The notes under the pieces are model-generated. The model was not told where the DNA came from, ran no database searches, and saw nothing but the letters and a program-made list of their open reading frames with translations. Positions 1-8,820 of a stretch of 64,000 nucleotides of DNA are shown piece after piece. Each line of letters begins with the position of its first letter. The stretch's first letter is position 1. Location of the stretch: assembly GCA_964435165.1 (NCBI GenBank), contig CAYSXY010000009.1, positions 382 through 64,381 of the forward strand, written 5' to 3'. The translations under genes were made by a program, and so were the position numbers. Source of the stretch: an uncultured Rickettsiales bacterium (lineage in GTDB: Bacteria; Pseudomonadota; Alphaproteobacteria; Rickettsiales; RI-342).

Positions 1-175
1 GGCGCGGCTCTTCGACCACAATCGCCGTAACGCTGGCATCGGAACTAGGGGGGAGTGACGGCTGTGTCGCATCTGCTTCAGCCGTGTGCGATGTCTGACC
101 ATTTTGGACGTCCTCGCGGATTTCCAAGATCAGACCCAACAGGAACCGCTTCAGGATGTTACGGAACCACTTCAT
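1..175 (-). CDS. Hypothetical protein, 5' part only (runs off the window start)
   Basis: ATG at 175 preceded by AGGAGA (185-190, minus strand); frame open to the window edge (MKWFRNILKRFLLGLILEIREDVQ...). Not in the supplied ORF track. Confidence 0.55.
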   Translation of the reverse strand, partial: MKWFRNILKRFLLGLILEIREDVQNGQTSHTAEADATQPSLPPSSDASVTAIVVEEPR

Positions 176-498
176 TATAGCACTTCTCCTTCACTATACG
201 ATCGTCTTACAGTAGCGCGCCGAAGGCAGCGGCGGCTAAAGATACAAAAGAGAATGCCTGCCCGCATTCTCACGCATCCCGGTTGTCAGTGATGACGGTT
301 GGGTGCGATTTTAACTGGTGTGCCGGGCTGCGCCGCTGCCCCACAGATGGGGGCGCGTCGCGCACCGGCGAATCTTGTTGTGCTGCCAAATTGTCAATAA
401 GCCGATTTTATTTTATCATTTAAGTTTGAGGGAAATGTGACCGCCATATGACGTTTTGATTAACAACATAAAAAGCATTGATTTATAAGGATATATTT

Positions 499-843
499 AT
501 GGATGAAGTGACGATTTATCACAATCCGCGCTGTTCAAAATCGCGGCAGGCGCTGGCGCTGCTGGAAGAGCGCGGCATTACGCCGCAGGTGGTGCGTTAT
601 CTGGACAGCCCACCTTCTAAGGATGAGATTGCCGCATTGCTGGCGAAGCTGAGTGTGAGCCCGCGAGAGATGATGCGCACGACAGAAGCGGTGTATAAGG
701 AATTGGGCTTGAAGGACGCCGATGAGGCGGCGTTGATGGATGCGATGGCGGCACACCCAATCCTGATTGAGCGGCCTATCGTGGTGAAAGGAAACAAGGC
801 TGTTATCGCCCGGCCACCCGAAGCCCTGTTGAACCTGATATAA
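499..843 (+). CDS. arsC: ArsC family (glutaredoxin-dependent) arsenate reductase
   Basis: IYHNPRCSKSR active-site motif and HPILIERPIV motif; ATG at 499 preferred over TTG 478. Confidence 0.9.
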   Translation: MDEVTIYHNPRCSKSRQALALLEERGITPQVVRYLDSPPSKDEIAALLAKLSVSPREMMRTTEAVYKELGLKDADEAALMDAMAAHPILIERPIVVKGNKAVIARPPEALLNLI

Positions 844-871
844 AAAAACCGGACCCAATCGGGCCCGGCTT
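842..871 (-). terminator. Intrinsic terminator between convergent arsC and DUF2282 genes
   Basis: Minus strand GCCGGGCCC-GATT-GGGTCCGGT stem (two G-U pairs) followed by a T run. Confidence 0.65.
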
Positions 872-910
872 TCTATTGTTGCGCTTGTTATTTTAGCGCA
901 TCACAGCCGC

Positions 911-1198
911 TTATTCGTGGCTATGGTCGAGGTCGTGACCTTCCGTCACCGGCTCGGTATGGCCACCTACCAGGCGCTCGCAGGTGCCTTTGGGCAGTAA
1001 CAGCCATTCACCGCCATCGCCATCCACTTTGGCCTGGCCAGCGCAGCTATGCGTGCCGGCGGCATTGCCGCAGTCATTATGGCCGGCTTTCACCACACCA
1101 TAACATTTTTCCATATCAGCCGCCTGAGCCGTGGCAGCACCGCCAAGCGAGAGAACACCGGCGACAGCCGCCGCTGCCAGTTTTGTCGAATTACGCAT
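911..1198 (-). CDS. DUF2282 family secreted peptide (bufferin BufA1-like precursor)
   Basis: Sec signal peptide (…ATAQA↓A), then EKCYGV-K-G-NDC…HSCAGQ…W--LPKGTC with four Cys; His-rich tail EGHDLDHSHE; AGGGG RBS. Confidence 0.88.
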   Translation of the reverse strand: MRNSTKLAAAAVAGVLSLGGAATAQAADMEKCYGVVKAGHNDCGNAAGTHSCAGQAKVDGDGGEWLLLPKGTCERLVGGHTEPVTEGHDLDHSHE

Positions 1199-1330
1199 AG
1201 TTCATTCCCCTATATCGTTGCGTTATTCATTATGTACACAGGTATAGAAGCTTTCTCACCTCATGCCAGCATAATTGTTGGTACTCATCGATACCGCAAA
1301 TAGCCCGTGGAAAGCCTGTGTCTCACCCTA

Positions 1331-1356
1331 TTCGGCCAATGTGAAGGGAGGGTTAC
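1331..1356 (-). promoter_or_regulatory. ECF sigmaF (ECF16)-type promoter for the DUF2282 gene
   Basis: Minus strand GTAACC (1356-1351), exactly 16 nt, then CGAA (1334-1331); matches the Caulobacter sigmaF consensus GTAACC-N16-CGAA. Confidence 0.75.
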
Positions 1357-1467
1357 ATACTGTCCCGCATATTAATCATTTTGTAGTGCCTGCGGACTAT
1401 GGTGCAGATAGATGGCTGCACTAGCGGCTTTTGTAACTGTCTTGAACCAGCGATTGATAGTAACCTC

Positions 1468-3738
1468 ATGGCGAGTGATTCGGCATCCGGCGATTCCGAT
1501 TTTTCTGATGCGTTCAGCGCACCGGCAAAGACCGATGCGCCCGCCCAGCCACCGGCAGAGCAACAGCCGGGTGAAGTGCCGAGCGCCCCGCCACAGCAGC
1601 CAGCCGCCGCGCCGACATCCGCACACCAAGGCTCTCCGCAGGATAATAGTGGCTTTCAGCCCGGCATGGCCCCGGCACAGCCTCAAGCCAACGTAGCGCC
1701 ACAACAACCGACACCCCAAGCGCCGAGCGCTTCGCCACCAGAACTCACCGATTTTTCCAACCTTTCGCTCGCTGACCCTAACGAGACCATTGCTGCGCCT
1801 GCTGCGGCTCAACCTTCAGGACAGCCAGCAGCACAACAGAATGTGCCGCAACAGCCTCCCCCGCAACAGCCATCAGCACCTGAGCAGCAAGCTGCACCAC
1901 AAGCGCCAGCGCCGCAACAGGCATCTCCTCAGGCCGCTGCGCCACAGCCGGTTCCACAGAACCAACCGCAACCAGAAGCGCCAGCGTCCTCTTCACCTGA
2001 TAACGTAGCAGTGGATAAGGATGGTGACGGCGTTCCCAAGGCACCGACCGGCAGCAAACCGATGCGTATTGGTGAGCGGCTTATTGCAATGGGGCTTATT
2101 TCCGACGACCAACTGCAAGTTGCCCTGCAGGAACAAAAAAGCAGCCGCAAATTGCTGGGTGCCACGCTTGTCGATCTTGGCTTCATCACGGAAAGCACAC
2201 TGGCCGAGGTACTGGCAGAATCCGCCGGGGCTGAACGGTTTGACCCCAAAAGCGCGGTGCTGGACACAGCGCTCATCCGGAAGATACCGAAAGATGTGGC
2301 AACACGCCATAAGGTCATCGCCGCCGAGTTGAACCAGAACCGGCTGATTCTGGCGATGGCAGATGTCTATAACGTGCTGGCGCTTGACCAGGTGCGGCGG
2401 TACTTCCCCAAACAGATTCAGATGATCCCGGTATACTGTACCGAATCGGAAATTCTGGAACTGATCGACCAGTATTATGACTATGAGATGTCGATCGACG
2501 GGATTCTGGAAGAAATCGAGACCGGCATTCGCAACAATAAGGATGTGCTGGATGGCCAACAGGAAGGATATGTCAATCCAACGGTGCGTCTGGTCAACGC
2601 CATTTTGGTCGATGCGATTAAACTCGGTGCTTCGGATATTCACTTTGAGCCGGAGGGCAGTTTCCTCCGCCTGCGCTATCGGATTGACGGGATTATGCGC
2701 CAGGTGCGGAGTTTTCATAAAGATTACTGGTCGGCCATGTCAGTGCGGATCAAAATTATGTCGGGCATGAATATTGCCGAATCGCGCAATCCGCAGGATG
2801 GCCGTATCACCTATAATGTGATGGGACGCGAGGTGGATTTTCGTGTTGCCACCCACCCTACCGTTCATGGCGAGAATATCGTCATGCGCCTGCTGGACAA
2901 AGCCAAATCACTGGTACGGCTCGAACATCTGGGCTTTAGTGAACATAATATTCGCCTGTTGAAAAAACTGCTCAAACGGCCGGAAGGCATTGTGATTGTC
3001 ACCGGCCCGACCGGGAGTGGTAAAACCACCACGCTCTATTCCGTCCTGAGCTATATCAACTCCATGGATGTCAATATCATGACTCTGGAAGACCCGGTGG
3101 AATATCAACTGCCGCTGATTCGCCAAACGCATGTGCGGGAAAATACCGGGGCGGATTTTGTCAGCGGCATTCGCTCCCTGATGCGTCAGGACCCGGATAT
3201 CATCTTCATCGGTGAGGTGCGCGATGAAGACACTGCCCTGATGGCCGTACGCGCCGCCCTGACCGGCCACCAGGTCTACACGACACTGCACACCAATGAT
3301 GCGATGGGGGCAATTCCGCGCCTGATGGATATTGGCGTGCCGTCACATCTGCTCTCCGGCACGCTGATTTGTACATTGGCGCAACGACTGGCACGCAAAC
3401 TCTGTGAAAAATGCCGCAAGCCGCGTCTGGCAACACCGGAAGAATGCCAGATTCTGGGATTTGATGCCGATGATGCACCCACCATTTATGAACCAGCCGG
3501 CTGTGATGCCTGTAATAACACCGGATATAAGGGCCGAACGGCGATTCTGGAAATCATGCCGATCGACCGTGAAATGGATGAACTCATCGCCAAGGGAGCC
3601 ACACGCAACAGCATGATGGAAGCGTGCCTGGAAAGTGGCTTCGTGCGGATGATTGATGACGGCATCGCCAAGGTGGTGAGCGGTGTGACCGACCTTAATG
3701 AGCTCATCAGCACCATTGATATGACGGAGCGGTTGTAA
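1468..3738 (+). CDS. pilB: PilB/GspE family assembly ATPase with long P/Q/A-rich N-terminal extension
   Basis: MshEN-like RIGERLIAMGLI…L..AL.EQ…LLG segment, ASDIHFEP, Walker A GPTGSGKTT, RQDPDIIFIGEVRD, TLHTND, two CxxC pairs. Start uncertain (1399 or 1468). Confidence 0.88.
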   Translation: MASDSASGDSDFSDAFSAPAKTDAPAQPPAEQQPGEVPSAPPQQPAAAPTSAHQGSPQDNSGFQPGMAPAQPQANVAPQQPTPQAPSASPPELTDFSNLSLADPNETIAAPAAAQPSGQPAAQQNVPQQPPPQQPSAPEQQAAPQAPAPQQASPQAAAPQPVPQNQPQPEAPASSSPDNVAVDKDGDGVPKAPTGSKPMRIGERLIAMGLISDDQLQVALQEQKSSRKLLGATLVDLGFITESTLAEVLAESAGAERFDPKSAVLDTALIRKIPKDVATRHKVIAAELNQNRLILAMADVYNVLALDQVRRYFPKQIQMIPVYCTESEILELIDQYYDYEMSIDGILEEIETGIRNNKDVLDGQQEGYVNPTVRLVNAILVDAIKLGASDIHFEPEGSFLRLRYRIDGIMRQVRSFHKDYWSAMSVRIKIMSGMNIAESRNPQDGRITYNVMGREVDFRVATHPTVHGENIVMRLLDKAKSLVRLEHLGFSEHNIRLLKKLLKRPEGIVIVTGPTGSGKTTTLYSVLSYINSMDVNIMTLEDPVEYQLPLIRQTHVRENTGADFVSGIRSLMRQDPDIIFIGEVRDEDTALMAVRAALTGHQVYTTLHTNDAMGAIPRLMDIGVPSHLLSGTLICTLAQRLARKLCEKCRKPRLATPEECQILGFDADDAPTIYEPAGCDACNNTGYKGRTAILEIMPIDREMDELIAKGATRNSMMEACLESGFVRMIDDGIAKVVSGVTDLNELISTIDMTERL

Positions 3739-4940
3739 TGCCAGTCTATCGCTACAAAGCACTGAATGAATTTGGCAAGCGAGTGAAAGGGGAAATCACC
3801 GCGGCCAATGAGATTGATCTGGAAGAACGTCTGCGCGAAGTTGGCATCGACCTGATTGATTATAGTGAGGCGCAAGCGCGCAAGGCATCGCCCTTCAGCC
3901 GTATTCGCCTCAATGACATGATCGTGCTGTGTATGCATATGGAGCAGCTGGATCGGGCCGGTGTGCCGCTTTTAGAAGCGCTTGCCGATGTGCGGGATTC
4001 GTCCGAATCCGAAAAATTGCGCGACGTGTTGTCGGATGTGTATGAGTCGGTCAAAGGTGGAGATGTACTCTCCGAAGCCATGGCCAAGCACCCGAAAGTG
4101 TTTAACGAGGTGTTTGTCGGGCTGGTGGCTGCCGGGGAGCGTACCGGTAATCTCTCCACCACCTTTGCCCATTTGAACCACCACCTCAAATGGGTCTCCG
4201 ACATTCGACGTAAAATTCGCAAAGCAATGATTTATCCGGCCACCTTGCTCGTGGTGATTATCGCTGTGGTCACCGTGCTGATGCTGTATGTCGTGCCGAA
4301 ACTCACCGACTTTATGCTGTCGCAAGGTTTTGTCCTGCCGTTGCATACACGCATCCTGATTGCTGTGTCAGACTTTTTTGGTGAATACTGGCATCTGGTG
4401 TTGATTACACCACCTGTGTTTATCATCAGTTTGATGACACTGTATAAAATCATGCCGTGGTTTGCCTATAAATTTGATGCGTTTGTTCTCTGGTTCCCGG
4501 CCATCGGCACGACAGTGCAAAAAATTGATCTGGCACGCTTCACCCACTTTTTCGGCATTATGTTCCGCAGTGGAATCGATATTCTGGATTGTCTGGATGG
4601 CGGCCGTAAGGTGGTCAGTAATCTGGTGCTCAAAGATGCGATTGCAACCTTGCAACGCTCGGTCTCTGAGGGTAATTCCCTGACTGAATCGTTACGTATG
4701 TCCAACCAGTTTCCTCGCCTCGTCGTGCGTATGTTCAAGGTCGGAGAAGATAGTGGTAACATGGAAGAGGCATTGGAAAATATTAACTTCTTCTATGATC
4801 GTGAGGTGAATGATGCGGTGGATGGACTCATCAGTCTGATTCAACCGACGATGACGGCTCTGCTAGGCGGCATGGTGTTATGGGTGGTGGCCAGTGTCTT
4901 TGGGCCGCTTTACGAAACTTTCGGCAATATGAATTTCTGA
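3738..4940 (+). CDS. pilC: PilC/GspF inner-membrane platform protein
   Basis: Starts MPVYRYKA; two GspF repeats (AGERTGNL, VGEDSGNM); three TM segments; 1-nt overlap with pilB. Confidence 0.92.
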   Translation: MPVYRYKALNEFGKRVKGEITAANEIDLEERLREVGIDLIDYSEAQARKASPFSRIRLNDMIVLCMHMEQLDRAGVPLLEALADVRDSSESEKLRDVLSDVYESVKGGDVLSEAMAKHPKVFNEVFVGLVAAGERTGNLSTTFAHLNHHLKWVSDIRRKIRKAMIYPATLLVVIIAVVTVLMLYVVPKLTDFMLSQGFVLPLHTRILIAVSDFFGEYWHLVLITPPVFIISLMTLYKIMPWFAYKFDAFVLWFPAIGTTVQKIDLARFTHFFGIMFRSGIDILDCLDGGRKVVSNLVLKDAIATLQRSVSEGNSLTESLRMSNQFPRLVVRMFKVGEDSGNMEEALENINFFYDREVNDAVDGLISLIQPTMTALLGGMVLWVVASVFGPLYETFGNMNF

Positions 4941-4964
4941 TTCCATTTTTACGTCTCCACCGTG

Positions 4965-5155
4965 CTATCGCTCTCGCGATATGCTCTCATGAGATGAGCT
5001 CAGGGCTGCTAGTCCAATCTTTCGATTGCTCCCGCATTCGTCTTCTGACTCATGCATGGAGCACAGCTCAAGGCTGACTCGGAAGTTTTTGATGATCATC
5101 CCCGCTGCACTATCGCTTTCGCGATATGCTCGCATGAGATGAACTCAAGGCTGCT
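4965..5155. repeat. Two 46-bp direct repeats (4965-5010, 5110-5155), each with an internal hairpin
   Basis: ctatcgctYtcgcgatatgctcKcatgagatgaRctcaRggctgct, 42/46 identical; TATCGC-N4-GCGATA palindrome in each. Confidence 0.85.
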
Positions 5156-5277
5156 GGCCTCGTTTGCGGAGAAAGAATGTTGTGGTGCAGGGTTGCTAAA
5201 AAATTTAACCAAATTTCAAGCTGCGCTGCTTATTCTATATGGGTGGAGAAGTATTTTTAGCAGTAACATAGCACCCT

Positions 5278-6957
5278 ATGCAGAACCCGATTTCATCCGC
5301 TAAATCACGGCAATTTATCCTCTCCGTCGGGGATGAAGGGGCTATTTTACTGCATATGGATGGTCGACGTGTTCTCAAACGCATGTTTGCCTCATCTCCC
5401 AATCCTGAAGATACACGGCATTTCGACTCTTTACTTAAATCTGATGTGCTGGCGCCTATTTCCTTGCTGATCGATGTGATGGATCAGAACTACATGCAGC
5501 AATCGCTCCCGCCTGTGAGTTCGCTGAGTGTGAATAAGCTGATCAAACGCCGCATGGAGCGTGATTTTGCACCTGAAGATATTAAGGGCGCACTGCCTCT
5601 TGGACGTCATAAAGAAGGTCGGCGTGACTGGAATTATCTCTTTATTTCTGTGCCGAACACGCCGCCCGTTTCGGAATGGATCAGCTATGTCGCCGAAAAA
5701 CCGCATCGGCTGACCGGACTATATTTACTTCCCATTGAAGCGGTCTCGATGGTGGATGAGTTAACGCGAAGCGGTAAGAAAAAGAACACGCTGCCTTTCA
5801 AGACACCCAGCCGCAAAAAAACAAAGGCGGATAAGGCCGACGCCAATATACCGCCGGATGAAGGACAGGTTGCACGCTGGCATATTCTGGTCAGCCACCA
5901 GAAAGTCGGCGGCTTTCGACAAATTGTTATCAAAGACAGCCAGATTATCTTCACCCGGATGGCGCAACCCATTGGCGAGCCGACGCCAGAGGTGATTGCC
6001 GGGAATATCGAACAGGAACTGGCTAACACGACCGAATACCTCAAACGGCTGAGTTTCAACCCGTCAGATGGGCTGGATGTGACCATCGTGGTGGCCGATG
6101 AAATTAAACAGGCATTGAACGTGACCAATGCCAATGTTCGTGACATCAACCTCTTCTCCCCTCACGACGCAGCGACCCGACTCGGACTGATTAAAGCAAC
6201 CGAAGAAGGCGACCATTTTGGCGATGTGGTGCTGGCGGCTTATTTTGGCACGGTGCGCAAACACCCGCTCAAACTTTTCACCCCATATGTCGCCAAGCTC
6301 AACCAGTTTAATCAGGCGAAAAAGGCGGTGAAGGTCGCGGCCTCAATTCTGGTGCCATTGATTATTCTGGGTACGCTATCCAGCGGCTATAATATCTACT
6401 CCGTCTCACAAGATATTACTTTTGCCCAGGATAAGCTGAACGCATCGCGCCAGCGTTTTGAACATGTCAAAAAAGCCACTGCAGAGCTTCCACATGACAT
6501 GAATCGCATTGCCGACGTCGTCACACTCTACGAAAAACTGTCTGAACAGGATAAATCACCTCTCAATATGATCTCTACCTTTGCTCAGGCCATGGATGAG
6601 AACACGTTAGTGCAGTCATTTACCTGGCATGGCCCGTCACCCATTCTGGCACAACGGCCTATCAATTCCCGCCATGCGCAGGAAGGCATTTTTACACTGG
6701 AATTTCTCGACAGTATCTCCACGGTGGACGCGCTGGTCAAGCGTACCGATGGCTTTCGTCAACAGCTGGTCGGTGAATTTGATGGATATGTAATTAATGT
6801 ATCCGATCTACCTGGCACGATTAAGGAAAATGAGTTATTTGAAATTGATTTCGGTGAGGAACAAAAAGCAGATCCGCTCCTCGTCGAGGATGATATTCGT
6901 GTGACCGTCAGCGTTGCCGCTGCCTGGCCAGATGATGCTCAGCAGGGCAGGCGTTGA
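5278..6957 (+). CDS. Probable pilus alignment protein (PilM-like cytoplasmic part + TM + PilN-like periplasmic part)
   Basis: Follows pilB-pilC; about 350-aa soluble N-terminus, one TM (VAASILVPLIILGTL), then a coiled-coil region. Call rests on topology and context. Confidence 0.55.
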   Translation: MQNPISSAKSRQFILSVGDEGAILLHMDGRRVLKRMFASSPNPEDTRHFDSLLKSDVLAPISLLIDVMDQNYMQQSLPPVSSLSVNKLIKRRMERDFAPEDIKGALPLGRHKEGRRDWNYLFISVPNTPPVSEWISYVAEKPHRLTGLYLLPIEAVSMVDELTRSGKKKNTLPFKTPSRKKTKADKADANIPPDEGQVARWHILVSHQKVGGFRQIVIKDSQIIFTRMAQPIGEPTPEVIAGNIEQELANTTEYLKRLSFNPSDGLDVTIVVADEIKQALNVTNANVRDINLFSPHDAATRLGLIKATEEGDHFGDVVLAAYFGTVRKHPLKLFTPYVAKLNQFNQAKKAVKVAASILVPLIILGTLSSGYNIYSVSQDITFAQDKLNASRQRFEHVKKATAELPHDMNRIADVVTLYEKLSEQDKSPLNMISTFAQAMDENTLVQSFTWHGPSPILAQRPINSRHAQEGIFTLEFLDSISTVDALVKRTDGFRQQLVGEFDGYVINVSDLPGTIKENELFEIDFGEEQKADPLLVEDDIRVTVSVAAAWPDDAQQGRR

Positions 6958-6958
6958 T

Positions 6959-7606
6959 ATGAAAAAACTCGAACGCCTCAAATCTGATCTGATACGCCAG
7001 GGCATTATCTCCGGCGGTATCACGGCTGTGTTGTTAGGCGCCATGCTGTTTGTCATGTCGATTGAGCAGGAATATACGGATGAACGGCAGCTGCTCACCC
7101 GCCAGATCAATCAGGTAAATGCCGATATTCAGCAACTGGACAGCCGGTTCAAAAAAGCACGGCAATCCCTCGATTTGTATGAGCAGCTTCGAAGCAGCAG
7201 TGACAATGCGGACGAAGCCCTGAGCCGAAAAGAAATCACCGCCATTTTGAATATATTAAAAGATAAATATAAACTCAGCACCTTGACCTTGCGGATGACA
7301 CCGATGATCGAGCTGGCTGATCAGAAATATGTCACACCCACCACCAGCGTCGCCAAAACAGAACTTACCATGACCTTTTCCGGCATGACCGATGAATTAC
7401 TGCTGGGTTTTGTCAAAGATTTGCAGGAATTACTCCCGGGTTATTCACGTATTATTTTTCTGGAAATGGAGCGAACCGGCAGCATCGACAATCAATTCCT
7501 CATGGCCGTCAACCGCGAAACCTACCCGGCACTGGTACAAGGCGAAGTCACATTGCAATTGATGGGGCTTACGAAAAAACCCGTTGAGGATGCAACGCGT
7601 GGTTAG
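6959..7606 (+). CDS. Probable PilO/GspM-like protein
   Basis: N-terminal TM, coiled coil, C-terminal alpha/beta segment; ATG 2 nt after the previous stop. Confidence 0.5.
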   Translation: MKKLERLKSDLIRQGIISGGITAVLLGAMLFVMSIEQEYTDERQLLTRQINQVNADIQQLDSRFKKARQSLDLYEQLRSSSDNADEALSRKEITAILNILKDKYKLSTLTLRMTPMIELADQKYVTPTTSVAKTELTMTFSGMTDELLLGFVKDLQELLPGYSRIIFLEMERTGSIDNQFLMAVNRETYPALVQGEVTLQLMGLTKKPVEDATRG

Positions 7607-8726
7607 TCATTTACTTATTCGAACTCACTATGCCAGGCATCTGCTGACGGTAATGGCCTGCATCATCAGCATTGCCTCTCCATTGGCTGCGCAGGAGTCG
7701 CTCTCTTTGCGTGACGATCTGATGAACAGCATGAATCAACCCCCTGCCCAGCTACAACCAAAGACTGACACCACGGATACGGATAACGCCACCAACAATG
7801 CTGAACTTGCCGCACTGCCCGATGATGATGCGATGGGGGATGCGTTATCGAATGAGCCGGAATTATTGGCGCGGAGCAGCTGGCGCTCCTCTATTATGTT
7901 CAGCATTACTGACTTGAGAAAATTGCAGGATATTTTACTGGCTGTTGAAGAACGTAAGCGAATTCAACGAGAAATCGCTAAAGATTCAGGCAGACAAGGG
8001 CCCAGACCTGGCCCGGTAACACGCGAGGCGCCAACCCCACGCGAGGTGGTGGTGGATTATGAAGAGGATGGAACGCCTATTACCATCTCCGTTGATTCGC
8101 CGGAGGCGGAGGATCCCGAATATCTGCCATTTATTCAACAGATTCGTGAAGAGCTACAGGAACAGGAGCAGGTGCTCACACAGCGCCGCAGTGAACGCGC
8201 CCCCACGATTTATCTGAATTCCATTGTCTATGTCTCGGCGGATGATTGGGCCATCTGGATTAATGGCGAAAAATATAGCCCGAATATGCCAGCGACAGCC
8301 TTTACGATCGATAACGTGTCGGAACGGAAAGTCCGCTTATCATGGCAAACACTGGATCTGGACAGTACCTCGCCCGGCTGGCGTAGCGCCGTTGAAATGC
8401 AAGAGGGAAATATTGAAGTCAACGAGAATGCCGGTCTCGTCACTTTCACACTTTATCCGAATCAAACATTTATTGGTCGCTCGATGGAAATAATCGAAGG
8501 CCGCTCCATGACAGCTTCGCTGGATATGAATCGTAATGCAGCCGCTCGGCAGCCCGGACGTGCTTCACGCGATTCGGCAGCAGAAGCTGGTCAACCTGCT
8601 GGCGTCGAGGAAGATGCTTCTGCGGCTGACAACGGCGCTGCCACCACGCCACGCACTGACCGTGATCGGATGAACGATGCCATTGGTCTGTATCGGGATT
8701 TTTTCAAGGCCTTGCCTCAACGCTAA
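7590..8726 (+). CDS. Exported pilus/T2SS accessory protein (PilP/GspB/GspC-like beta domain)
   Basis: Signal peptide (…SPLAA↓QE); IYLNSIVY…WAIWINGE segment reminiscent of GspB/HR domains; overlaps the previous gene. Confidence 0.4.
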   Translation: MQRVVSHLLIRTHYARHLLTVMACIISIASPLAAQESLSLRDDLMNSMNQPPAQLQPKTDTTDTDNATNNAELAALPDDDAMGDALSNEPELLARSSWRSSIMFSITDLRKLQDILLAVEERKRIQREIAKDSGRQGPRPGPVTREAPTPREVVVDYEEDGTPITISVDSPEAEDPEYLPFIQQIREELQEQEQVLTQRRSERAPTIYLNSIVYVSADDWAIWINGEKYSPNMPATAFTIDNVSERKVRLSWQTLDLDSTSPGWRSAVEMQEGNIEVNENAGLVTFTLYPNQTFIGRSMEIIEGRSMTASLDMNRNAAARQPGRASRDSAAEAGQPAGVEEDASAADNGAATTPRTDRDRMNDAIGLYRDFFKALPQR

Positions 8727-8759
8727 TCCCTCGTCATAGTGATTACTGTTCTATACGTT

Positions 8760-8790
8760 CCGTAGGGAAAACGAACCCGGGTTTACCCGG
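8760..8790 (+). repeat. 31-bp palindromic repeat, second copy at 63399-63429 (minus)
   Basis: ccgtagggaaaacgaacccgggtttacccgg versus ccgcagggaaaacgactccaggtttacccgg, 27/31 identical. Confidence 0.8.
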
Positions 8791-8820
8791 AGAGTATGTA
8801 TTGAATCATAATGGACTGAT

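Noticed and set aside
195-225. CGCTACTGTAA on the minus strand resembling part of a cobalamin riboswitch
   Set aside because: The AGGGAA, GCCACTG and B12-box elements are absent; only one short motif matches.
4965-5155. Possible CRISPR array
   Set aside because: Only two 46-bp repeats separated by 99 bp, and no cas genes in the window.
4880-5303. ORFs 4880-5077 and 5052-5303 sharing the peptide AICSHEM
   Set aside because: The similarity is a by-product of the 46-bp DNA repeat; no RBS or protein-family features.
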